Part shown: piece after piece, positions 1 through 10,468 of the stretch
How the letters are laid out: the number at the start of each line of letters is the position of its first letter
Position numbering within the stretch: the first letter of the stretch is position 1
NCBI GenBank assembly: GCA_040385875.1
Contig: JAZKGO010000001.1
Span: 1 to 63,171 of the forward strand
Reading direction: 5' to 3'
Length of the DNA: 63,171 nt
From: Bacteroidota bacterium
Lineage (GTDB): Bacteria > Bacteroidota > Bacteroidia > Cytophagales > Spirosomataceae
Notes under the pieces: generated by a model
What the model was told of the DNA's origin: nothing
The model's input: the letters and a program-made list of their open reading frames with translations, nothing else
Databases searched by the model: none
Program-made: the position numbers and the translations under genes

Positions 1-2061
<2,061 letters not shown>

Positions 2062-2098
2062 AAGACAATTTATTTCTAATTAAAAGACATTTATAATT

Positions 2099-2725
2099 AT
2101 GAATAATTTTCAAAATATCATCACAAGCGAAGATCAGCTTCGGGCAACTTTGGGCTATCCCAGCGAAATAGTTACTCGAAAAACAATAAATTATATCGAC
2201 GAACATTGTCAAAAATTTATCGAAAACTCGCCTTTTATTACCATTGCCACCTCTGATTTGCAAGGAAATCTTGATGTATCTCCCAAAGGCGACCCAGCTG
2301 GTTTTGTGAAGATTTTGGATGACAAAATATTGGCTATTCCAGACAGACCTGGAAACGCCAAAGCGGACACATTGACCAACCTCATAAAAAATCCAAATAT
2401 TGGCTTGATTTTTTTGATTCCAGGCGTTAGAGAAACTTTGAGAGTAAATGGCGAGGCATTAATTGTAACTGATGAAAGTATATTGGAGCTTTTGATTTGC
2501 GACGGCAAAAAACCTTCATTTGCCATAATTGTGAAAGTTAAAGAAGCTTTTATGCACTGTGCCAAGTGTATGATTCGGTCAAAATTGTGGCAAAATTCGG
2601 AGACTTTAAAAGAAAGACCAGTGGCATCATTGGCAAAAGCATTAGTAGACCAAGGAAAGCTCGATATTTCTGTTCAAGAATTAGACGATATGATTAAAAA
2701 CGATGAACAAACTAATTTGTATTAG
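2099..2725 (+). CDS. Pyridoxamine-5'-phosphate-oxidase-fold (PPOX-class, FMN-binding) flavoprotein
   Basis: 208-aa ORF. The blocks ITIATSD..G..DVSPKGD, PDRPGN, TLRVNG and HCAKC..RSKLW are typical of the split-barrel PPOX-class family. No signal peptide. Confidence 0.7.
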   Translation: MNNFQNIITSEDQLRATLGYPSEIVTRKTINYIDEHCQKFIENSPFITIATSDLQGNLDVSPKGDPAGFVKILDDKILAIPDRPGNAKADTLTNLIKNPNIGLIFLIPGVRETLRVNGEALIVTDESILELLICDGKKPSFAIIVKVKEAFMHCAKCMIRSKLWQNSETLKERPVASLAKALVDQGKLDISVQELDDMIKNDEQTNLY

Positions 2726-2782
2726 AATCACTAATTTAAAATATCAAAATGTGTGTAAAAATATTTTAAAAGAAATCTAACC

Positions 2783-3538
2783 ATGAAAAGAAAACGAAAA
2801 TCATTTCTTTCAGCTTTGGCATTTGTCACGCTATGTAGTTTACTGACTTTTGTAAACAATGCTAATGGGCAACCTCCTGGGCAACAAAGACCTCCACTTC
2901 CTCCCATTCCAATCAAGGGCGATACTAGCCATAATTTGAGCAGGCATTTTGTGTCTTCGTCTGCCACAAAAACAGCTACTTTCGATAATGGATTTGTGCA
3001 CCGTTGGTGGGTGCTGGAGCCAATAAAAAAAGACATAGCTCGAAACAATATTTTTACCGACAATTATCTTAGAAGTGCTTTTCAAACTGATAATTTCTCT
3101 AACGATTTTGCTTTTGTGCCTAAAAATGGTGAAACTACAAAGGTGGGTACACAAGAACTAAAATGGTATGCTTTAGACAGTAAAACCTTTAATTTTAATT
3201 TGTTCAATTTTTCCTATGATATCAACAAACCTAAGTATGGTTTGCTTTTTTGGTTGGTTACGGTAATTGACTGTCCTGAGGAAATAACAGATGTAAGAAT
3301 GACTGCTGGATGTAATTCGGGAGGGATGTTTTGGCTCAATGGCCAAGAAGCACTTATTCTTTCTGGTGATAGAGATATGATAGTTGACAATGTGACTTCG
3401 TCACGATTAACCTTGAAAAAGGGGAAAAACATAATTCGAGGGGCAGTAATTAATGGCCCCGGTATGGCCAATTTTTGCCTTCGTTTTATAGATGAAAAGG
3501 GCAAACCTGTTAAAAATATCAGTATCAGCAAAGATTAA
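2783..3538 (+). CDS. Secreted hypothetical protein, predicted beta-sandwich (galactose-binding-like) domain
   Basis: 251-aa ORF with a signal peptide and a Pro-rich linker (QPPGQQRPPLPPIP). It also shows the pattern W..L.P...(long beta region)...FWLNG.....L.L.KG.N.I...V.N......F.LRF.D..G, which is common in standalone jelly-roll domains. No catalytic motif recognised. Confidence 0.6.
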   Translation: MKRKRKSFLSALAFVTLCSLLTFVNNANGQPPGQQRPPLPPIPIKGDTSHNLSRHFVSSSATKTATFDNGFVHRWWVLEPIKKDIARNNIFTDNYLRSAFQTDNFSNDFAFVPKNGETTKVGTQELKWYALDSKTFNFNLFNFSYDINKPKYGLLFWLVTVIDCPEEITDVRMTAGCNSGGMFWLNGQEALILSGDRDMIVDNVTSSRLTLKKGKNIIRGAVINGPGMANFCLRFIDEKGKPVKNISISKD

Positions 3539-3649
3539 ATTCTAATCCAAATTTTTACAAAGATGAAATCGCCACTTACAAGACCTAAACCAATAGCAGA
3601 TAAATTAATTGGCGATTCCATGAGTACAATTAAAATCAATTTTATTCTC

Positions 3650-5080
3650 ATGAAATTTAAACTAATAGTTTTTTTATCAATATTACTTGCAAATACATTA
3701 TTAGCCCAAGTTGGCAAACCTTTCATACATGACCCCTCAACCATTGTAGAATGTGAAGGAAAGTTCTATACCTTTGGCACTGGTGGCGGGGGATTAATAT
3801 CAGAAGATGGTTGGACATGGTATGGCGGCGGTGTAAGACCAGGTGGGGGTGCTGCTCCTGATGCCATAAAAATAGGCAATCGCTATTTGGTGGTTTATGG
3901 AGCAACTGGTGGCAGTCCTTCGCACAAGGGTATCATTTATACGATGTGGAATAAGACACTTGATCCAAAATCGCCCGACTTTAAATATTCTGAACCAGTC
4001 ATAGTGGCTACCTCTGACGGTTATGAAGAAAACGATGCGATAGACCCAGGCATTATGCTAGACCCTACTACAGGTCGCCTTTGGCTGGCCTACGGAACAT
4101 ATTATGGATTCACTCGCATTGTGGAGTTAGATCCAAAAAATGGGAAACTCAAAGAGGGCAATAAGCCGGTAGATGTAGCCATAGTGTGTGAGGCTGCGGA
4201 TTTAATCTATCGTGATGGCTGGTATTATTTGCTAGCTACCCACGGTAGTTGTTGTGATGGTGCAAACTCAACTTACAATGTAGTGGTGGGTCGTTCAAAA
4301 AAAGTAACTGGCCCATACATAGATAATGTCGGAAGAAGCATGATGGAAGGCGGTGGCAAAATGGTGGTGGCGACTCGTGGTCGGTTGATTGGCCCTGGGC
4401 ATTTTGGACGAATGATTCTTGAAAAAGGTATAGAAAAAATGTCCATTCATTATGAGGCGGATTTAGATCAGAGTGGCCGAAGTGTTTTGGGTATCCTTCC
4501 TATTGTATGGAAAGATGGCTGGCCTGTTGCTGGCGAAAAATTCAAAGAGGGTACTTATGAAATTGAATCGGTAAGAAGAGGATATGGCTTAGAACTGGCT
4601 GTAGATTTTAGTAGAATGGCCAGTGCTCAGAGAAGTTTTGGTCAAGCCAATACCGAACCCGTAAAGCCAGTTCCTACTCAGGAATTAGCTGATGTAATCA
4701 AAAATTGGCCGACTGGTGACATTAATGTACGGATAGGTGATTATATGCATCGGCCACATCAAAAATGGACCATTACCGATGCCCCAGACACTACCGGATA
4801 TTTGGGTGGACCATATTACAAAATTGTATTGACAGGCACGGAACGAGCATTATCTGCAACTGCAAATTCTGAGGTGATAACCGTACCCGCCTTTACAGGT
4901 AACCCAGAACAATTATGGCGAATTGACCAGCTGACTGACGGCACTTATAGAATAATGCCCAAGATGGTTCCCAATTCGGGCAAAAAATTGGCATTGGTGT
5001 CATCAGGGGATAGCACACCTTCACTTGCTGAATTTGACTTTGATAGCGATAATTCTAAGTGGAATTTCAGGGTGCATTAA
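3650..5080 (+). CDS. GH43 endo-1,5-alpha-L-arabinanase-like enzyme with C-terminal ricin-B/CBM13 beta-trefoil
   Basis: The ORF opens at 3563, but MKFKLIVFLSILLANTLLAQ at 3650 is the obvious signal peptide. GH43 blocks present: IHDPS, DAIDPG, CEAADL. The C-terminal ~150 aa carry three QxW repeats (HQKW, EQLW, NSKW). Confidence 0.85.
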   Translation: MKFKLIVFLSILLANTLLAQVGKPFIHDPSTIVECEGKFYTFGTGGGGLISEDGWTWYGGGVRPGGGAAPDAIKIGNRYLVVYGATGGSPSHKGIIYTMWNKTLDPKSPDFKYSEPVIVATSDGYEENDAIDPGIMLDPTTGRLWLAYGTYYGFTRIVELDPKNGKLKEGNKPVDVAIVCEAADLIYRDGWYYLLATHGSCCDGANSTYNVVVGRSKKVTGPYIDNVGRSMMEGGGKMVVATRGRLIGPGHFGRMILEKGIEKMSIHYEADLDQSGRSVLGILPIVWKDGWPVAGEKFKEGTYEIESVRRGYGLELAVDFSRMASAQRSFGQANTEPVKPVPTQELADVIKNWPTGDINVRIGDYMHRPHQKWTITDAPDTTGYLGGPYYKIVLTGTERALSATANSEVITVPAFTGNPEQLWRIDQLTDGTYRIMPKMVPNSGKKLALVSSGDSTPSLAEFDFDSDNSKWNFRVH

Positions 5081-5183
5081 TTGTTTTATAAAAGCTAAAT
5101 TTCAAATAGGTGGGTGCAAATAAAAGTTTGTTTTGTTGCTGTGTTTTTACCGAATAATCGATTTATTAACCTAATCTATAATT

Positions 5184-5217
5184 AAAAAATGGTAGCATTA
5201 AAGTGCTACCATTTTTT
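5184..5217. terminator. Bidirectional intrinsic terminator between convergent genes
   Basis: aaaaaatggtagca-ttaaag-tgctaccatttttt: a perfect stem flanked by an A-run and a T-run, located between the GH43 gene (+) and the esterase gene (-). Confidence 0.75.
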
Positions 5218-5244
5218 GTTTTGGTACTCTAACTTTACCTGTAA

Positions 5245-6189
5245 TTAATTGCTAACTTTTGCTTCCAAAAATTTATTAACATTTAACCAATGTGTAAAGG
5301 CATCAAACCACCAATTGCTGGTGCGGTTAGGATTGCCCAAGCCGAAGCCATGTCCTCCATTTTGGTAGAGATGAAACTCAACAGGAATACCTGCTTTAAA
5401 CCATGAGTCAATCACACCAAACTGGCCTCTAAAAAGGAAATCATCAGAAGCGATTACATTGAACATCGGTGGAGCATCTTTAGGTACTTCTACTGGCCCC
5501 ATACCACCATAAATAGGTCCTATAAAGGCTAACTTCATAGTTTTAGAATGCAAAGTAGCGTGCATTGTAAGTCCAGCACCTGCCGAAAAGCCAATCATCC
5601 CAATCCTTTTAGTATCAACACCCCATTCTGATGCTCGTTTTACGATCATGGCATAGGCAGCTTCTGCATCCGCCAGCTGATTGCTTAGGTTTCTTTGTGG
5701 CTGTGGTGCAGGGGTTGAAGCAGCCCCATTAGTAGTTGGTGCAGGAGTGCGTGGGCGGTTCATCCAGGCAGTGAAATCCTCCAATTTCTCTGGAGTTGGA
5801 TTAAGCCGATACTTTAGCACAAAAGCTGTAATACCTTGTTTAGCAAGGGCTTCGGCCACTTCCCAGCCTTCATTTCCCATCGAAAGCCAGCTAAAACCAC
5901 CACCTGGGGCTACTATTACCGTTGCACCGTTTGCTTTGCCTTTTTCTGGTAAAAAAGGAGTTAAAGTAGCGTTTGTTATATTTCGAGCCATCGGGTCACC
6001 CCATTGCTTAAACCAAGTTTCGGTAGCTGGCTGATTTTCTACGCCTCCTGTACTAAGTGGAATCGCATTAGGCTCTTTGGGTGTTTCTAGTGGGTAAATA
6101 GTGCCGTCTTGAGCTATTATCTTTGCTGAAAAAAGAGTTAGACAGCTCAATAAGCCAACTTTAGTAAAGTTTTTAAGATTGAAATTCAT
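5245..6189 (-). CDS. Secreted alpha/beta hydrolase (Abhydrolase_3 / CE10-like esterase)
   Basis: 314-aa ORF with a signal peptide. It has the oxyanion block VIVAPGGGF, the nucleophile elbow GFSAGA and a C-terminal GGHGF. A Pro/Ala/Thr-rich insert (RPRTPAPTTNGAASTPAPQPQ) lies in the cap region. Confidence 0.8.
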   Translation of the reverse strand: MNFNLKNFTKVGLLSCLTLFSAKIIAQDGTIYPLETPKEPNAIPLSTGGVENQPATETWFKQWGDPMARNITNATLTPFLPEKGKANGATVIVAPGGGFSWLSMGNEGWEVAEALAKQGITAFVLKYRLNPTPEKLEDFTAWMNRPRTPAPTTNGAASTPAPQPQRNLSNQLADAEAAYAMIVKRASEWGVDTKRIGMIGFSAGAGLTMHATLHSKTMKLAFIGPIYGGMGPVEVPKDAPPMFNVIASDDFLFRGQFGVIDSWFKAGIPVEFHLYQNGGHGFGLGNPNRTSNWWFDAFTHWLNVNKFLEAKVSN

Positions 6190-6309
6190 TTTTTAATTTT
6201 TTAAAATTATGATAAAGTAATAAGAAGATAGTTGAATAAAATTGGTGAAATTCTTCTTAAAATATAAAGGAGAAAATGATGGCCAATAAAAACAATTCTA
6301 TTGGGTGAA

Positions 6310-6627
6310 TTATTTTACTCTTGCTAGCTTCATTTCACCACGCTCGTTTTTGGTTACTATCTCATTTTCGTTGATTAGCTCCCCTGTGTTGTTAATAGTC
6401 ATGTCGTTAAAAGAAATGGAGAAGGAAAATTTCTTGCCTTCAACTTTGCCATTTTCGATGGTAGTTTCACCAAATTGAGTTTTCCAAGTGCCAGTAAGTT
6501 TGTCACCCTCTACTTTAAAGGTGTAATTGATCTCGAATGTACCATTGGGAGATTCACGAGTGCCCTTCCATGCACCGTCTAATGGGTTTTGAGCTAACAG
6601 CGAAAAACTGCCTAATAAAAAAAGCAA
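6310..6627 (-). CDS. Small secreted beta-rich protein of unknown function; 5' end apparently frameshifted (see finding)
   Basis: The 105-aa ORF only begins with TTG at 6627 and has a truncated signal peptide (LFLLGSFSLLAQ). An ATG at 6646 encodes MKLLISIAFF in the +1 frame, just upstream of a T7 run (6617-6623). Confidence 0.6.
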   Translation of the reverse strand: MLFLLGSFSLLAQNPLDGAWKGTRESPNGTFEINYTFKVEGDKLTGTWKTQFGETTIENGKVEGKKFSFSISFNDMTINNTGELINENEIVTKNERGEMKLARVK

Positions 6628-6692
6628 TACTGATGAGTAGTTTCATTATTATTTAAGTTAAATTTAAACCAAAAATAATGATAAAAATTTAA

Positions 6693-6711
6693 ATTGTGTA
6701 TAATTGACAAT
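6693..6711. promoter_or_regulatory. Candidate AraR operator upstream of the GH51 gene
   Basis: The reverse complement of attgtgtataattgacaat is attgtcaattatacacaat. It shares TCAAT-W-ATACACAAT with the perfect palindrome at 12516-12536 and lies about 83 bp upstream of the ATG at 6794. Confidence 0.35.
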
Positions 6712-6793
6712 ATTTAATTTTTCCACATTATTTTTACGGAATTTTTAACATAATTATAATAAATTTTTTCTAATTATTTGAGCAAATTACACT

Positions 6794-8326
6794 ATGAAAA
6801 AAACTGTTTTTACCTTGTGTCTGGTATTTATTTTTAAAATTGCACAAGCCCAAACCAAAATCACCCTCAATACTGATTTGGCGAAAACCAAAATCAACAA
6901 ACATATTTACGGCCATTTTGCGGAGCATTTGGGAAGGTGTATTTATGGTGGTATTTATGTGGGCGAATCAAACAAAACTATACCGCATACCGATGGAGTA
7001 AGAAACGACATAATTGCCGCACTGAAAGACCTAAAAGTACCCAACCTACGTTGGCCAGGCGGCTGCTTCGCTGATGCTTACCAATGGAAAGACGGTATTG
7101 GGCAAAAAGCCAGTCGCCCTAAAATGGTGAATGTTTGGTGGGGTGGCAGCACGGAAGACAATAGTTTTGGCACGCACGATTTTTTGGATTTGTGTGAAAA
7201 AATTGGTGCTGAACCTTATTTGGCAGGAAATGTAGGTAGTGGCACAGTAAAAGACTTGGCTGATTGGGTGAGTTATGTAAACCACCCTGGAGGTAGTCCA
7301 ATGGCTGAGTTGCGTAAACAAAATGGTCGCCAAAATCCTTGGAACGTGAAGCTTTGGGGAGTGGGTAATGAAGCTTGGGGCTGCGGCGGCAACATGACTG
7401 CCGAATACTATGCCAATATTTACCGTCAATACGCCACTTTTATGAATGACTCAAAAGACGCTAAACTTTATAAAATAGCTTCAGGAGCAAGCGATGGCGA
7501 TTATGCTTGGACGGAAACATTGATGAAAAATATCCCTCACAACATGGTTTCTGGAGTGGCTTTACATCACTATTCGGTATTGAGTTGGGGCGATAAAGGA
7601 CCTGATGTAGCTTTTACAGAAGCCAATTATTTCAAAACCATGGAAGAAGCTTGGAAAATGGAAGAATTTGTGACCCGCCACAGCACCATTATGGACAAAT
7701 ACGACCCTGATAAAAAAGTGGATTTAATAGTAGATGAATGGGGCGGTTGGTACAATGAGGAAAAAGGTGGTGGCGTGCTTTACCAACAAAATACTATGCG
7801 TGATGCCATGATTGCTGGTTTAACATTGAATATTTTCAATAATCATGCGGATAGAGTTCGTGGCGCAAATTTGGCACAAATAGTAAACGTTTTGCAAGCC
7901 GTAATTTTAACAAAAGAGGAAAAAATGGTTTTGACACCCACTTATCACGTGATGAAAATGTACAATGTACATCAAGAGGCGACCTTGGTACCTATTCAAA
8001 TCGAGTCGCCTGCCTACCAATTTGGTAATAAAAAGTTAACCGCTGTTTCTGCTTCGGCTTCAAAAGAAGCATCGGGAGCTTTGAATATTTCATTGACAAA
8101 TATTGATTTTACAAAAGCTCACGAAGTGATCATCAATTTAAGAGGAGAAGATTTCAGTAAATTATCTGGGAAAATTTTGGCTTCTCCAAAAATTAACGAT
8201 TTCAATTCATTTGAGCAGCCTGACAAAGTTTCCATCAAAGATTTTTCTGGGGCAAAATTAGAGAAAGGAATCCTGAAATTGACAATTCCTGCTTATTCGG
8301 TATTGGTTTTGAATTTGAAAAAATAG
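6794..8326 (+). CDS. abfA: GH51 alpha-L-arabinofuranosidase
   Basis: 510-aa ORF with a signal peptide. GH51 blocks present: NLRWPGGCFAD.YQWKDGIG, WGVGNEAWGCGG (acid/base Glu) and IVDEWG (nucleophile region). Confidence 0.9.
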   Translation: MKKTVFTLCLVFIFKIAQAQTKITLNTDLAKTKINKHIYGHFAEHLGRCIYGGIYVGESNKTIPHTDGVRNDIIAALKDLKVPNLRWPGGCFADAYQWKDGIGQKASRPKMVNVWWGGSTEDNSFGTHDFLDLCEKIGAEPYLAGNVGSGTVKDLADWVSYVNHPGGSPMAELRKQNGRQNPWNVKLWGVGNEAWGCGGNMTAEYYANIYRQYATFMNDSKDAKLYKIASGASDGDYAWTETLMKNIPHNMVSGVALHHYSVLSWGDKGPDVAFTEANYFKTMEEAWKMEEFVTRHSTIMDKYDPDKKVDLIVDEWGGWYNEEKGGGVLYQQNTMRDAMIAGLTLNIFNNHADRVRGANLAQIVNVLQAVILTKEEKMVLTPTYHVMKMYNVHQEATLVPIQIESPAYQFGNKKLTAVSASASKEASGALNISLTNIDFTKAHEVIINLRGEDFSKLSGKILASPKINDFNSFEQPDKVSIKDFSGAKLEKGILKLTIPAYSVLVLNLKK

Positions 8327-8398
8327 ATATAATTTCTAAACCTTCAAGGCTTAAGCGGCCCCTTTTTAAAACCATGAAGGTTTATTAATAAATTAAAA

Positions 8399-10372
8399 AT
8401 GAAAAAAATTAAATTACTCTTATTTTCAGCATTTTGCAGCTTGCAATTATTTGCACAAATACCCCAAAAAATTGATATCGACGCTACCAAGCCATTAGTG
8501 CCTATACAATCAACCATGTACGGCGTATTTTTTGAGGACATCAATTTTGGTGCCGATGGTGGTTTATATGCCGAATTAATCAAAAATCGCTCGTTTGAAT
8601 TTGAATATCCTTGGATGGGCTGGAAACATCTACCTCAGGCCGAAACTAGGTTTAGCACCACCAATGAGCTTACGATTTTCAATAATGCGAAATCAAACCC
8701 AAACAATCCACGGGTGGTAAGGGTAGATAAACGGGATGCTACACAAGGATTAGGGCTGCAAAATGAAGGCTTTGACGGAATTGGCCTTAAAAAAGGTGAA
8801 AAATATGATTTCTCAGCTTTTGTAAAAGTAAACAGCGGTGATATTTACTTAGAAGTGGCATTATTAAATGAAAAAAATGAGACCATTGGCAGTACAACCG
8901 TTCGATCAAATAGCCTCGGTTGGGCTAAGGTAGAAGGGGTAATTATGGCCTCGGAAACTGTTCAAAAAGGAAAAGTGGATGTATACTTCAAAGGTGCAGG
9001 ATCTTTAGATATCGATTTGATTTCATTGTTTCCACAAAACACTTGGAAAGGTCGAAAAGGCGGCCTTCGTAAAGATTTGGTGCAATTATTGGCGGATATG
9101 AAACCTGGTTTTGTGCGCTTTCCTGGTGGCTGCATTGTAGAAGGGCGCACCTTGGCCGAGCGTTATCAATGGAAAAAAACAGTTGGAAAAGTTGAAAATC
9201 GGGAGTTGCTAATCAACCGATGGAACATGGAATTTGCCCACCGCCCTGCACCAGATTATTACCAAACATTTGGCTTAGGCTTTTTTGAATATTTCCAAAT
9301 GTGTGAGGATATTGGCGCTCAACCTTTACCTATCCTTTCGTGCGGGCTGGCCTGTCAGTTCAATTCATCGGAAACCACAGCGCTTGAAGACTTGGATCCG
9401 TTTATCCAAGATGCTATAGATTTGATAGAATTTGCCAACGGCGATACCAATACAAAATGGGGGGCTTTACGTGCCGAAATGGGTCATCCTGAGCCTTTTA
9501 ACTTAAAAATGATAGGCATTGGCAATGAGCAATGGGGCCAAGAATATTTTGAACGTTACGAGAAAATATCGAAAGCCGTGAAGGCCAAATATCCAACTAT
9601 CAGGCTGGTGTCGGGTACAGGCCCTGCTGCCGAGGGCGAACTTTTTGAACAAGCCGAAAAAGCGCTTCCAAAACTCAATGCCGAAATTGTGGACGAACAT
9701 TACTACAAAGACCCAAAATGGTTCAGAGAAAATGCCAAGCGCTATGATAACTACGACCGCAACCGTTATAAGATTTTTGCGGGCGAATATGCGGCACAAA
9801 GTGTGGCCATTGCCAGCCCAGACAACAAAAACAACTGGGAATGTGCCTTATCGGAAGCCGCCTATATGACGGGCCTTGAGCGCAATGCAGACGTAGTGTA
9901 TATGACCTCCTACGCACCGCTTTTTGCCCATATCAACCGCTGGCAGTGGACACCAGACTTAATTTGGATGGATAATTTAACTTCCTTTGGTACAGCTAAT
10001 TATCAGGTTCAAAAGCTATATGCTACCAATTCGGGCACCAGCACTGTAGCCATAAAATCAAACAGTGAAAACCTTACTGGCCAGCAAGAGCTTTATGCCA
10101 CTGCCTCTGTTGACGAAAAAACGAATGAAGTGATTATAAAATTGGTAAATACTTCAGCCAGCTCAAAATCTTTAGAGCTGAATATCAAAGGATTAGCAAA
10201 AAAGACTATTGCCAAAGTGACTGTGTTAGTCGATAAGGATTTAAAAAACTTCAACACTATTGACCAGCCAAACAAAATTGTACCAATAGAATCGAATATT
10301 AATATTGCAAAAGGGAAAACCTTAGTCAATTTGGATGCTTTTTCTTTTGTGGTTTTGAGGGTTAAGAAATGA
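8399..10372 (+). CDS. GH51 alpha-L-arabinofuranosidase with N-terminal CBM4/9-like beta-sandwich
   Basis: 657-aa ORF with a signal peptide. It has an N-terminal ~200-aa beta-sandwich, then VRFPGGCIVEG, IGIGNEQWG and FAGEYA. Confidence 0.85.
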   Translation: MKKIKLLLFSAFCSLQLFAQIPQKIDIDATKPLVPIQSTMYGVFFEDINFGADGGLYAELIKNRSFEFEYPWMGWKHLPQAETRFSTTNELTIFNNAKSNPNNPRVVRVDKRDATQGLGLQNEGFDGIGLKKGEKYDFSAFVKVNSGDIYLEVALLNEKNETIGSTTVRSNSLGWAKVEGVIMASETVQKGKVDVYFKGAGSLDIDLISLFPQNTWKGRKGGLRKDLVQLLADMKPGFVRFPGGCIVEGRTLAERYQWKKTVGKVENRELLINRWNMEFAHRPAPDYYQTFGLGFFEYFQMCEDIGAQPLPILSCGLACQFNSSETTALEDLDPFIQDAIDLIEFANGDTNTKWGALRAEMGHPEPFNLKMIGIGNEQWGQEYFERYEKISKAVKAKYPTIRLVSGTGPAAEGELFEQAEKALPKLNAEIVDEHYYKDPKWFRENAKRYDNYDRNRYKIFAGEYAAQSVAIASPDNKNNWECALSEAAYMTGLERNADVVYMTSYAPLFAHINRWQWTPDLIWMDNLTSFGTANYQVQKLYATNSGTSTVAIKSNSENLTGQQELYATASVDEKTNEVIIKLVNTSASSKSLELNIKGLAKKTIAKVTVLVDKDLKNFNTIDQPNKIVPIESNINIAKGKTLVNLDAFSFVVLRVKK

Positions 10373-10468
10373 TTTACAGTCATGCTGAAAAGTTGTAGGC
10401 AAGGCTTGGTTTTTCCTTTTGCACAAGTATCCCAAGAACGGCTATATTTAATTAAAAATAATTGACAG

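Noticed and set aside
3563-3649. Upstream start for the GH43 gene (MKSPLTRPKP...).
   Set aside because: The internal Met at 3650 begins a canonical signal peptide (MKFKLIVFLSILLANTLLAQ). The upstream 29 residues have no signal-like character.
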